IMG/VR virus record: IMGVR_UViG_3300036945_000814
Location: 43,026-107,025 of that record
Length of the DNA stretch: 64,000 bases
Source of the DNA: a virus
Reading direction: 5' to 3' (one strand)
Below, piece after piece: positions 7,993 through 16,926 of this stretch. A model generated the notes under the pieces. The model was not told where the DNA came from and made no database searches. It saw only the letters and a list, made by a program, of their open reading frames with translations. Every line of letters begins with the position of its first letter. The stretch's first letter is position 1. The position numbers and the translations under genes were made by a program.

Positions 7993-10251
7993 ATGAGCAC
8001 CAACGAAGCCACCGCCCTCTTGAACGACTCGCCGCTGCTCAAGTCGGACGACGGCCACAAGTACGTCAAGCGTGAGGGGATGCCCGGCGCCTACAAGTAC
8101 ACCTACGCCGACGGCAGCACCGGCCACACCGAGCACAAGCCCACGTTTCAGCTCGGCGCCGCGGCGCATCAACAGGGCCTCTTCGGCGCCAGCTCCTACG
8201 AGAAGAAGCCGGCGAAGCCGAAGGCCCCCGATCCCTTGGCGCACCGGCAGGTCGATATGTTCGCGCCGAAGCCGGCAGCCGCCACAGCGCCCGCGCCCGC
8301 GCCCGCGCCCGAGCCCGCGTCGAAGTTTGACGAGGTCGTTTCAGCCGCCTACACGCAGCGCGCCCGCGAGGCCGGCGCTGCCTCGGCCCATGCTCGCGAA
8401 ATGGATCAAGCCGGCTACCACGGAGGCATCAGCAACGCCCACAGGCACGCCGCTTCCGCGCATCGTCGAGCCGGCGAGGCCGCCATCGCCCTTGGTCACG
8501 GCGCCAACACCGCCATGCACGGCAAGCAGATGGCGCACCACGAGAAGCAGGCGGATCTCGACGACGACATCGCCGCACGCCACGCCGCAACGCGCAGCGG
8601 TGCCGCAAAGGAGGCTTCCGACCGCGTCATGGCTATCGCCGACAAGGCGAAGAAGACGACGATGGTCGACACGCCCGCGGGGCCGCGTGAGTCCACGCCG
8701 GGCGGGCTCAAATGGTACGGCGACAAGCCCCACAACCCGGAGGCGCTGGCCGCGGCGCGTGAGGCTTACGGCAGCGCCAAGTCCGAAGGCCGCAGCGACA
8801 AGCTGGCCCACAGCAAGGCGTCGAAGGCCGCGCAGAAGCACCTCGGCGGCGTCACCGGCGCGTGGGATCACGCGACGCACGCTCAAGAGCTGCACGATCA
8901 CGCGAACGGGAACCGGCACGAGATCCCCGGCGGCGCCGACCGCGCAGGGCCACCGCCCCGTGCGCCCGCGAAGAAGAAGTCCCCGAAGGCGCAGGCCACG
9001 CACGCGGCCAAGGTCGCCGACGCCGCTTCGGCGAAAGAAAACGCCGCCGATCACGCGCACGACATGGGATCCAAGGCGACCACCCTTTCCACGGCCGCCC
9101 ACCGCCTTTCCAACGCCGGCGGCGACATGGGAAGCGCGAACCACCAAGCCGCGCACGAGGCGCACAAGGCCGCCGCCGCTGCCAACCGCGAGGCCGCCTC
9201 GGCGTTCCAGCAGCCGGGCGCCAGCGTGAGCATTGCAGGCAAGTCGTTCTCGTCGCTGCACGAGGAGCGCGCGAAGGCGCACGACGAGAAGGCCGGCGAT
9301 CACTGGCGCGAGGCGGTCAAGGCGCGCTCCGACGAAGAGGGTGAGCCATTCAGCCAAGCCGCGACGCACAAGGTCGACGGCACGAAGAAGACGGATCTCG
9401 ACAAGCTGCACGAAGGTGTGGCGGACCTCAAGCCATCCGCCATGCGCAGCGACGGGCACTTCACGCGGGCTGCCGACAAGTTCAAGGCGCTGCGCGACCA
9501 CATCCACGAGAAGGTCGGCGCCCATCCCGCGCACGCGCACGCGAGCAAGGCGTTCACCCTCGCCAACACCGCGGCGCAGTCGTCCGGCAGCTACGACGTC
9601 AAGACGCGCCGCGAGCACATGGAAGGCGCGCAGCAGCACGCGCAGAAAGCGATCGACGCGATGAAGGGCATGGGCAAGAGCATGGATCACGAGGTCGGAA
9701 TCTCCCGCTTCCAAGACCGCTCCGCCGGCCGTCCCGCCGCCGGCGGCGTGTACGACGGGCTCGGCTCCGGCATGGTCGATCCCACCGTGGATCGCCCGCG
9801 CTACGCCGGCCGCGCCCCCAATCAGGTGATCGCCGTCGGCGTCGCTGGCGACAGCAACGACCGCAACACCTTCGCCTACCAGAAGGGCCGGCAGTCCGGC
9901 GCCACGTTGGATCTGGCGAAGTCGGCGATGATCGGCGCCGTCAAGGACGGCTACCGGATGCAGCTCATCGCCGTCGCCGACGCCAACCCCGTTGCCTCGC
10001 TCATCATGCGCGGCCGCGTGGAAGGCGAGCGCCCGATGGTGCCCGCCGAGCTGCGCAAGAGTGTGCAGCTTTCCGCGCCCGACCCCGACGCCGTCGTCGC
10101 CTTCGCCGCGGCTGCCCTCAAGGCTGCCAGCGACCGCAACCCGCAGCTTCGGGAAGGGCTCTCGCGCCTCGGCGTCTCCCGTGCCACCCTGTACGCGACC
10201 CTTGAGGCGCTGGCCCTCACACCGGCAGGGATGACCGCCGGCAACCGATAG
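7993..10251 (+). CDS. His/Ala-rich hypothetical head-associated protein
   Basis: 752-aa ORF with SD-like GAGG; carries the same LLKS..GHKY tag as the two preceding genes; lies directly before portal. Confidence 0.7.
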   Translation: MSTNEATALLNDSPLLKSDDGHKYVKREGMPGAYKYTYADGSTGHTEHKPTFQLGAAAHQQGLFGASSYEKKPAKPKAPDPLAHRQVDMFAPKPAAATAPAPAPAPEPASKFDEVVSAAYTQRAREAGAASAHAREMDQAGYHGGISNAHRHAASAHRRAGEAAIALGHGANTAMHGKQMAHHEKQADLDDDIAARHAATRSGAAKEASDRVMAIADKAKKTTMVDTPAGPRESTPGGLKWYGDKPHNPEALAAAREAYGSAKSEGRSDKLAHSKASKAAQKHLGGVTGAWDHATHAQELHDHANGNRHEIPGGADRAGPPPRAPAKKKSPKAQATHAAKVADAASAKENAADHAHDMGSKATTLSTAAHRLSNAGGDMGSANHQAAHEAHKAAAAANREAASAFQQPGASVSIAGKSFSSLHEERAKAHDEKAGDHWREAVKARSDEEGEPFSQAATHKVDGTKKTDLDKLHEGVADLKPSAMRSDGHFTRAADKFKALRDHIHEKVGAHPAHAHASKAFTLANTAAQSSGSYDVKTRREHMEGAQQHAQKAIDAMKGMGKSMDHEVGISRFQDRSAGRPAAGGVYDGLGSGMVDPTVDRPRYAGRAPNQVIAVGVAGDSNDRNTFAYQKGRQSGATLDLAKSAMIGAVKDGYRMQLIAVADANPVASLIMRGRVEGERPMVPAELRKSVQLSAPDPDAVVAFAAAALKAASDRNPQLREGLSRLGVSRATLYATLEALALTPAGMTAGNR

Positions 10252-10259
10252 GAGCCCGC

Positions 10260-12020
10260 GTGGACCTCATCAAGCCCGAGCAGATCCGCGCCATGATGGC
10301 GACGGCCATCGAGTCAAAGCTCTCGCAGGCCGTGCATGACGCGACCGGCGAGGCCATCGAGCGGCTTGTCGAGGCGCAGATCCAAGATCAGCTCGCCCCG
10401 ATGATGGGCGGGCTGCTCGCCAAGGGCAACGGCGGCGACCCCGGCCCGCGCCCCGGCCAGCTCTCGCAGACGACGGCCGCCGACCCCAAGGGCCTGCTCT
10501 ACGATCCGTTCACGGCCCTCGACCAGATGGGCTTTCGCGAGCGCCCGAGCGCCATCACGTTCCGCACGCTCGGCGAAATGGCCCGGCGGGTGCCGCCGTT
10601 CTCGGCGTACCTGCAAACGCGGTTGAACCAGATGGCCGCCTTCTGCGAGCCGCAACCCGACGAGCACAGCGTCGGGTTCAAGTTTGTCCTCAAGGACAAG
10701 CAGGCGAACCTGTCGAAGAAGATGCAGCGCCGCAACGACGAGCTGACCCGGTGGCTCTCGGCGATGGGCGACCCCGAGCTGAACATCAAGCGCGACAAGT
10801 TTGGCGCGTGGATGCGCAAAAGCATGTGGGATTCCCTCGTCTACGATCAGATGACGACGGAGATCGTGCCCCGCAAAGATGGATCGGCGCCGTCGTACAT
10901 CCGCGCGCTCGACGCCGCCACGATCCGTGTTTCCGACACGCTCGACGAGGTCGACTACATCGACGAGACGATCCAATACGTTCAGATTTACGACGACACG
11001 ATCATCGCGGAGTTCAAGGAACACGAAATGATCTTCGGGATCCGAAACCCGCGCAGCGACATTCGCTACAGCGGCTACGGAATGCCCGAGCTGGAAATGC
11101 TGATCAGCATCGTCACCGCGCTCCTTTGGGGCATCGACTACAATGCCAAGTTTTTCTCGCAGGGCTCGGTCGCGAAGGGCCTGCTCAACTTCAAGGGCGC
11201 CATCCCCGAGAAGGAGCTGATCGCGTTCCGCCGTCAGTGGTACTCGATGATCACCGGCGTGCAGAACGCTTGGCGCACTCCCGTCGTCAACGCGGAAGAC
11301 GTGCAATGGCTCAACATGCAGTCGAGCAACCGCGACATGGAGTTTGCGGCTTGGATCGACTGGCTGCTCAAGGTGACGTGCGCCGTCTGCCAGATCGCCC
11401 CCGAAGAGATCGGGTTTCAGTTTGGCAACGCGGGCCAGACCTCGACGATGTCGGAGGGCTCGCAGGCCGACAAGCTGGCGCAGAGCAGGGACAAGGGCCT
11501 CATCCCTCTCGCCAAGTTTGTCTGCGAACAGCTCAACGACAAGGTGATCGACAAGCTCGACAACCGCTTCCGGTTGGAGTTTGCCGGCGTGAACGCACGC
11601 ACCGCCGAGGCGTTGATCGACTTGCAGACCAAAGAGGTCAAGACCGTCAAGACCGTCGACGAGGTCCGCAAAGAGCGCGGCGAAGATCCATTGCCCGACG
11701 GGCTCGGCGCCGTCATCCTCGACTCGGTGTGGTTGCAGTTCATGCAGGCGAAGAACGCCGAGAAGCAGCAACAGCAGCAGGCCGGAGGCGGCGACGGCTA
11801 CGGCGCCCCGCCCGGCTCCCCGCAGATGGACGGCGCGCCCCCGTGGGAAGGCGACGGCACCGATCAGCAGGAGCAACCGGACGATGCCGGCCAAGGCGGC
11901 GACGTTGACGCGGGAGGCGCACCGCCCGACGATGTGCAGAAGAGCGGACGCAGCGGCTTCGGCCTTTCGCCGGCCCAACAGCGCGCGCTCCGCACGTTGG
12001 ATCTTGAGGTCGATCTGTGA
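10260..12020 (+). CDS. Portal protein (SPO1/Twort-type)
   Basis: IRNPRSDIRYSGYGMPELEM...YNAKFFSQG...KGLL, NAWRTPVV, NRDMEF...W, IAPEEIGF; position before MuF/protease/capsid. Confidence 0.9.
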   Translation: MDLIKPEQIRAMMATAIESKLSQAVHDATGEAIERLVEAQIQDQLAPMMGGLLAKGNGGDPGPRPGQLSQTTAADPKGLLYDPFTALDQMGFRERPSAITFRTLGEMARRVPPFSAYLQTRLNQMAAFCEPQPDEHSVGFKFVLKDKQANLSKKMQRRNDELTRWLSAMGDPELNIKRDKFGAWMRKSMWDSLVYDQMTTEIVPRKDGSAPSYIRALDAATIRVSDTLDEVDYIDETIQYVQIYDDTIIAEFKEHEMIFGIRNPRSDIRYSGYGMPELEMLISIVTALLWGIDYNAKFFSQGSVAKGLLNFKGAIPEKELIAFRRQWYSMITGVQNAWRTPVVNAEDVQWLNMQSSNRDMEFAAWIDWLLKVTCAVCQIAPEEIGFQFGNAGQTSTMSEGSQADKLAQSRDKGLIPLAKFVCEQLNDKVIDKLDNRFRLEFAGVNARTAEALIDLQTKEVKTVKTVDEVRKERGEDPLPDGLGAVILDSVWLQFMQAKNAEKQQQQQAGGGDGYGAPPGSPQMDGAPPWEGDGTDQQEQPDDAGQGGDVDAGGAPPDDVQKSGRSGFGLSPAQQRALRTLDLEVDL

Positions 12021-12391
12021 AAGCTCTCCGCTCGCTCAAGCTCACCCTCACCGGCGACACCGACGCCGCCAAGCTCTTTGAGCAGGTCTTTGACCGGCAG
12101 GAGGACGTGGCGACGGTCGTCGCGTGGGAGAACAGCGGGATCCGCCGCGTAGCGGCCGCGGCCATCGGCGCCGCCATCCCCTTCGGCGGCATCACCACCG
12201 CGTCGATGCTGCTCATCGCCAGCGACAAGGACATCGTCGTGCGCATCAACGGCGGCGCCGAGAACATCGCCGTGAAGAAGGCGACCGCTGGCCGCGGCGT
12301 CTTCTACCTTGAGGGCGCTGTCACCTCGGTCGTGATAGACAATCCCGGCACCGAAGACGCGACCATCGTGTACGCCCTCGCGGGCGTGTAG
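12017..12391 (+). CDS. Hypothetical virion protein
   Basis: GTGA overlap with portal stop; beta-rich 124 aa with typical codon usage. Confidence 0.65.
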   Translation: MKALRSLKLTLTGDTDAAKLFEQVFDRQEDVATVVAWENSGIRRVAAAAIGAAIPFGGITTASMLLIASDKDIVVRINGGAENIAVKKATAGRGVFYLEGAVTSVVIDNPGTEDATIVYALAGV

Positions 12392-12436
12392 CATCGGATC
12401 TCAACACTACGGGCGTGCCCCGAAGGAGAAGCAGCA

Positions 12437-12841
12437 ATGGCCTTGAAGACCACCCTCACCCCTGCCGAGCACGCCAACGTCGTGCAGGGGCTCACCCTCC
12501 CTCTCACCCTCTCCGGCAACGTCGCCGGCGCGATGTCGACCGGCACCAAGGGCCAGATGCTCTTGGATGGCCCCTCGGCCATCCGCAACATCCGCGCGCG
12601 TCTCGGCGTGTGCGGCACCGTCGGCGCCACCGTCGTCGAGGTCAAGAAGAACGGCGCCGTCGTCGCTTCCGTCTCGATCGACAACACGGCCGCCGACCCG
12701 ACGCAGCTCGTGGGCCTCCCCACGTCCGATGCGCTGGCGAAGTGTGACGCGGGCGACCTCATCGAGATCGCCGTGTCGGCCATCGGCACCGGCTCGACGG
12801 ACCTCGTCGCGACGGCCCACATCGACCGCCGCTTCGAGTGA
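12437..12841 (+). CDS. Hypothetical beta-rich virion (possible head decoration) protein
   Basis: AAGGAG SD, 134 aa. Confidence 0.65.
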   Translation: MALKTTLTPAEHANVVQGLTLPLTLSGNVAGAMSTGTKGQMLLDGPSAIRNIRARLGVCGTVGATVVEVKKNGAVVASVSIDNTAADPTQLVGLPTSDALAKCDAGDLIEIAVSAIGTGSTDLVATAHIDRRFE

Positions 12842-13116
12842 GCGACCGCGGCGCCCCAAAGGCCCGCATTCGCGTCGAGCTTTCGCCCGGCGTCGTGGCA
12901 ACGCACGATGTCCGGGCGAAGCTCGTTTCACAGGTGGCCGCACAGCTCGGCGTCGACCCGCACGCGGACTGCACGCACGGCGACCTCGAAAAGAGCGACA
13001 AGCCGGCGCCAAAGCTCCGGCACCGCGCCCCGCAAGAGGGCATCGAGCAGGCAGTCAGGCTCTATGAGGCCATGCTGCGCGCCATGATCGACGACATCGC
13101 CGCGGCCTTGAAGTAG
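12838..13116 (+). CDS. Hypothetical protein (contains LEKS site)
   Basis: GTGA overlap with the previous gene; 92 aa. Confidence 0.6.
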   Translation: MSDRGAPKARIRVELSPGVVATHDVRAKLVSQVAAQLGVDPHADCTHGDLEKSDKPAPKLRHRAPQEGIEQAVRLYEAMLRAMIDDIAAALK

Positions 13117-13137
13117 CGTCGCGGAGGAGATTCCCCC

Positions 13138-16100
13138 GTGGCGCTGTGGACTGCCGATCAGCTTGCGAAAGTCCGCGCCGTCATCGCGCGGCACCATGCG
13201 GCGATCACCATCGCCATCTTCGGACACAAGGCCCTGCCCGACGACCTCGTCAAAGACCTCCGGGCCTCCGGCATCCCCGTGCCCACCGGCCCGCAGCTCA
13301 TCGACGACGCCTTCACCTACGGGCAGCTCGTTGCCCTCCTTCGCGATCCGAAGCTCGCCACCAAGAGCCCCGCCGAGATCGCCGAGCTTGTGGCCGCCCG
13401 CAAGATCCCGTTGCAGCTCACGCCGTCTGAGAAGGCCGCCGTCGAAGTCGCGCGCACGCACGCCGGGCAGTACGTCGTCGGCCTCGGCACCCGCGTCGCG
13501 GGGCAGGTCATGGCCGCCGTCACCGGCGCCGAGGCCAACCTCACCCCCGAGCGCATGGTCGAGATCATTCAGGACAAGACCGCCGGCAACCTCGCCCGGC
13601 GCGAGACGATCGACAGCCTGAGATCCGACCTCGGGCACGCGATGGGCAACTGGACCCGCGACTGGCAGCGCATCGCGATGACCGAGTCGAACAACGCGAT
13701 CCAAGAAGGCACCGCGGCCACCATCGAGAAAGAGCACGGCGTCGACGAGCTTGTGTCGAAGATGCCGCGCCCCGACGCCTGCCCGGACTGCAAGCGCCTG
13801 TACCTCCGCGGCGGCGAGCCCATCATTTTCAAGCTCTCCGAGCTGCGTGCCAACGGCAGCAACGTCGGCCGAAAGAAGCGCGACTGGAAGCCGACCATCG
13901 AGGCCGTCCACCCGTGGTGCGGATGCGTGCTCGTGCGAATCCCCGCGGGCATGGTCTGGGAGGACGGCGAGCTTGTCGTCGACAAGGCGGAGAAAAGCCA
14001 AGCGGGTATTGAAATGCCCGCCCGGCCCGCATTTCAATACCCGCTGCGGAAAGCCGCCCGCAAGCTCCACGGTCGCCTCACGTTTGCCGGGATGCCGATC
14101 AGCATCGAGAACCGCCGGGGCTCGTTCCGCCATTGGTTCGACCCGGTCGCCAAAGAGCACGGCAAGACCAAGGTGCTTTTCCCCTACGGCTACATCCGGC
14201 TCACCGAGGCCGCCGACGGCGACCACGTCGACGTCTACGTCGGCCCGCTCAAGACGGCGCCCAACGTCTACGTCGTCCACCAACGCAAGAAGAAACCGGA
14301 TGGATCTTTCGGCGGCTACGACGAGGACAAGGCCATGCTCGGTTTCCCGTCGGCCAGCGCGGCGAAGCGGGCCTACCTCGCGCACTACAGCGACCCGAGA
14401 TTCTTCGGGGCGATGACGACCATGACCGTCGCCGAGTTCAAGGTAAAGCTCGTGGAGAACCGGGGGCGAAAGATCACGAAGGCATGGCGCGAGCCGACGG
14501 CGCTCGTGATCGACATGCTGGCGAAGAGCTATGCCCCGTGCGTGCGCTGTGGCGAAATGTCGAAGGAGTCGAGCAGCGACGGCGCCGAGCCGTGCTGGAC
14601 GTGTCGCAAGGCGCTCGAAGCCGCCGGTACGCCCTACGTTCGCGCCGGGTGGAAAGACGGCGTGGAGCTGGCGAAAGCCGGCGGCCCGTACATCGGCCCC
14701 AAGGGCGGCAAATGGGCCGACCCCGAGCACACCGTTGCGTGGCAAGAGCCCGGCGGCGTCGAGAGCCTGCCCCACCTTGAGGACGAAAAATGGGATGACG
14801 GCACCGTCGTTCGCTGGCGGCAAAGCCCGTTCGTTCACGCGCCGCCCCGGTCAAAGCCGCAGCTCCCGTCGTCAACGCCAACCTCGATCGAGCACGTTCC
14901 CCTCGACAAGCTGCACGCAACGCAGAAGCGCGTCACCGAGGGGGGCGTGCAGAAGTACCTCGACAAGCCGTTGAACGCGGCCGCCGACGACAAGCTCGAT
15001 CTCCCGCTCGTCACCGTCGACAAAGACGGCAAGCACTTCATTCAGGACGGGCACCACCGTCTCACGGCCGCCAAGCTCCGCGGCGAGGCGTCCGTTCCCG
15101 TCCGGGTGCAGCGAGAAAAGGCCGAGGAGAAGAAAACGCACGAACCGCTGGCGCCCGACTACGAGCCGAAGGTCGGCGACGAGCACGCGATCCCCGGCCC
15201 GCACGGCATGGCCGCGTTCACGGCGCGCATCGAGCACGTCGGCGACGACCATGTGCGGATCTCGCAGAACCACGGCGACGAGCGTCGCGGCACAGGGGCT
15301 CACGGTACAAGGGTGCCGAAAGCGGCGGTGTCGCACTTCGTCAACGACCTCCGCGGCGTCGTTCACGGCCCGCCGTCGAGCGACCCGCGCGTGCAGGCGG
15401 TACTCGACGGCAAGGCCGAGCACCTTGGCAAAGGCGACGACGGCATCGCCTTCCGCGTCGGCGACACCGTCGTCAAGGCGTCGACGACGGTGCCCTACCA
15501 ACCGTTCAACGAAAACTACTTGACGCCGGCGACGGCGGCCGAGCGCATGGTCGAGCAGGTGAACACGTCGAACGCGATGCACGCCGACGGCGTGCCCGGC
15601 ATCATGCGTTCCGAGCTTGTCCACAACGGCGACAAGGCGTTTCAGATCAAGCCCTACGTCGAGATCCCCGACAAGCTCACCCGCGAACAACTCGACAGCG
15701 TCGCCGATTCAGTGCTCAAGGCGCACGCCGCCGGCTACACGTTCAACGACGAGATCCAAGTAGGCGTTCACGAGGGCAAGCTCGTTCACTTCGACACCGG
15801 CAAGGCGGCGAAGGCGCCCGACGAGAAGCGCCTCAAAGAAAGAGCCGAAGACGACGAGGAACGCCTCAAAGACCTCTTCGCCAAGCACGGCGAGAAGTTC
15901 CAGACGACGAAAGAGAAGCACAACCCGCTCATCGAGTGGGAGGAAATGGCGTCGCGAGATCCAAAGAAGATGACAGATGCCGAGCGCAGCAAGCACGCCT
16001 CGCTTCTGTGGATGCACAGCCTCAAGGTGAAGTCGTTTCGCGATCGGGCTGATCCCGTCGACAAAGACTTCTACGACGTGGTCTACAACAACCAAGAGAT

Positions 16101-16596
16101 CGAAGACGCCATCAATCGGTTCAAGTCGCCGATCCGAGAAGCCATCGACGTGCTCAAGTCTGCGTTCGATTCCATGAGCGCCGGTGAATCCATCGAGCAG
16201 CTTGGCCGCTCGACGTCGCGACTCGGTATGATGAGCTGGCGTGGAAACGAAGACTCACCCCGGCCCGAGCGCCCCGCGGACATCGTCGGGATCACCGACG
16301 ACATGGGGCTCACCGTCAAGGGGCGGAAGAAGCGAAAGAAGAAGCACGCCGAGGACAAAGCCGACGCGCGACGCAGCCGGTTGTCGCCCGCAGACCGCTT
16401 CGCCGCCGCCAAGCGGATGCCCAAAAAGGACGCCGTGAAGCCCCTCGCCCCCGACGCGCTCAAGGAAGCCCGTGAGCAGTCGCGAGACGCCGTGGAAGCC
16501 AAGCGCGAGCGCATCCGCGACGACCTCGCTCGGCGGCAGGCGAACAAGCCCCCGATGGATCCCATCCGCATTGCGCGAGCGAAGGGAGAATCGTGA
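13138..16596 (+). CDS. MuF-family head morphogenesis polyvalent protein: MuF + inorganic pyrophosphatase-like + Zn ribbon + ParB/Srx-like + kinase-like domains
   Basis: MuF: RDWQRIAMTESNNA..CPDC..HPWCGC. InPase-like: ISIENRRGS..YGYI..ADGDHVDVYVGP..YDEDKAMLGF. CVRC..CWTC. ParB-like: PLDKLHATQ..IQDGHHRLTAA. Kinase-like: LGKGDDGIAF..VVK..HFDTG. Confidence 0.85.
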   Translation: MALWTADQLAKVRAVIARHHAAITIAIFGHKALPDDLVKDLRASGIPVPTGPQLIDDAFTYGQLVALLRDPKLATKSPAEIAELVAARKIPLQLTPSEKAAVEVARTHAGQYVVGLGTRVAGQVMAAVTGAEANLTPERMVEIIQDKTAGNLARRETIDSLRSDLGHAMGNWTRDWQRIAMTESNNAIQEGTAATIEKEHGVDELVSKMPRPDACPDCKRLYLRGGEPIIFKLSELRANGSNVGRKKRDWKPTIEAVHPWCGCVLVRIPAGMVWEDGELVVDKAEKSQAGIEMPARPAFQYPLRKAARKLHGRLTFAGMPISIENRRGSFRHWFDPVAKEHGKTKVLFPYGYIRLTEAADGDHVDVYVGPLKTAPNVYVVHQRKKKPDGSFGGYDEDKAMLGFPSASAAKRAYLAHYSDPRFFGAMTTMTVAEFKVKLVENRGRKITKAWREPTALVIDMLAKSYAPCVRCGEMSKESSSDGAEPCWTCRKALEAAGTPYVRAGWKDGVELAKAGGPYIGPKGGKWADPEHTVAWQEPGGVESLPHLEDEKWDDGTVVRWRQSPFVHAPPRSKPQLPSSTPTSIEHVPLDKLHATQKRVTEGGVQKYLDKPLNAAADDKLDLPLVTVDKDGKHFIQDGHHRLTAAKLRGEASVPVRVQREKAEEKKTHEPLAPDYEPKVGDEHAIPGPHGMAAFTARIEHVGDDHVRISQNHGDERRGTGAHGTRVPKAAVSHFVNDLRGVVHGPPSSDPRVQAVLDGKAEHLGKGDDGIAFRVGDTVVKASTTVPYQPFNENYLTPATAAERMVEQVNTSNAMHADGVPGIMRSELVHNGDKAFQIKPYVEIPDKLTREQLDSVADSVLKAHAAGYTFNDEIQVGVHEGKLVHFDTGKAAKAPDEKRLKERAEDDEERLKDLFAKHGEKFQTTKEKHNPLIEWEEMASRDPKKMTDAERSKHASLLWMHSLKVKSFRDRADPVDKDFYDVVYNNQEIEDAINRFKSPIREAIDVLKSAFDSMSAGESIEQLGRSTSRLGMMSWRGNEDSPRPERPADIVGITDDMGLTVKGRKKRKKKHAEDKADARRSRLSPADRFAAAKRMPKKDAVKPLAPDALKEAREQSRDAVEAKRERIRDDLARRQANKPPMDPIRIARAKGES

Positions 16597-16814
16597 GGTG
16601 CCCCGAGTGCAACGCGCAGCTCATGCAAAAGAGCGAGGGCAAGCTCAAGCTGCGCGTGCCGATCCTCGTCTTTTCCGCCGACGGCGAGTCGTGCGTCACC
16701 AACTGCCAGCGATGCAAGGCAGAGATCCCCCTGCCCCTCACGCTCGCAAAAAGCGCGGTGCCCGCGGATGAACCGCCACCGCGGCTCGTCACCACGCGCT
16801 TGACGCGGTCGTGA
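16593..16814 (+). CDS. Small zinc-ribbon protein (CxxC...CxxC)
   Basis: MRCPEC...NCQRC, 73 aa, GTGA overlap with MuF. Confidence 0.7.
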   Translation: MRCPECNAQLMQKSEGKLKLRVPILVFSADGESCVTNCQRCKAEIPLPLTLAKSAVPADEPPPRLVTTRLTRS

Positions 16815-16874
16815 TCCAGACCCTAGCCTGACCATCGACACCCAATGGCCTTGACCACGAACGGTCAAAAGAGG

Positions 16875-16913
16875 CGGGCGGTACAGCGAAAGCTGCGCCG
16901 CCCGTTTTCGTTT
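16875..16913 (+). terminator. Terminator-like hairpin upstream of the protease gene
   Basis: CGGGCGGT-A-CAGC-GAAA-GCTG-C-GCCGCCCG followed by TTTTCGTTT. Confidence 0.55.
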
Positions 16914-16926
16914 CAGGAGATCCATT

